A stretch of DNA of 63,746 nucleotides, counting the filler, from Choristocarpus tenellus KU-1152 (taxonomy: Eukaryota > Protista > Phaeophyceae): NCBI GenBank assembly GCA_964200185.2. It is 10 parts of 10 records of this genome, joined end to end, with 100 filler letters (N's around TTAATTAATTAA, not from the genome) between each part and the next. Parts side by side here need not be neighbours in the genome. Positions count along the whole stretch, not along the records: positions 61,061 to 63,746 come from CAXNAD020025661.1; 9 more parts are not named here. One strand, given 5' to 3'. Below, one piece after another: positions 63,721-63,746 of the stretch. The notes beneath the pieces were generated by a model that was not told the DNA's origin, ran no database searches, and worked only from the letters and a program-made list of their open reading frames with translations. Both the position numbers and the translations under genes were made by a program. Positions within the stretch are counted from its first letter, which is position 1, and every line of letters starts with the position of its first letter.

Positions 63721-63746
63721 AGAGACCCAAAGTATCTGTGTGGGGG

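Overview
Eukaryotic, intron-rich, transposon-rich DNA, most likely a brown alga or related stramenopile. This is inferred from an ASA-F bipartite plastid presequence, TTAGGG repeats and the transposon spectrum. The window is not contiguous: about ten short contigs are joined by artificial 100-bp N44-TTAATTAATTAA-N44 linkers, so adjacency across linkers means nothing. Host genes reconstructed by hand from splice sites and conserved motifs are the 3' part of MPP10 (9 exons, +), the 5' part of an SPF30/SMNDC1-like gene (3 exons, -), the 5' part of a plastid phosphate translocator (TPT family, 4 exons including an 8-nt micro-exon, -), the last exon of EFL1/RIA1 (+) and a few orphan exons. The rest is decayed Copia, RTE-like and CRE-like LINE, pogo/Tigger and hAT relics. 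Three things stand out. (i) Two related MITE families (about 19 copies or fragments) share an AAAGTATCT terminal core and GTCCATTTG subterminal boxes and make 4-bp target duplications, which is Sola-like. (ii) A ~3-kb head-to-head inverted duplication carries two diverged copies of an unknown 120-aa ORF. (iii) A ~1.7-kb foldback element is built from ~60-bp subrepeats.
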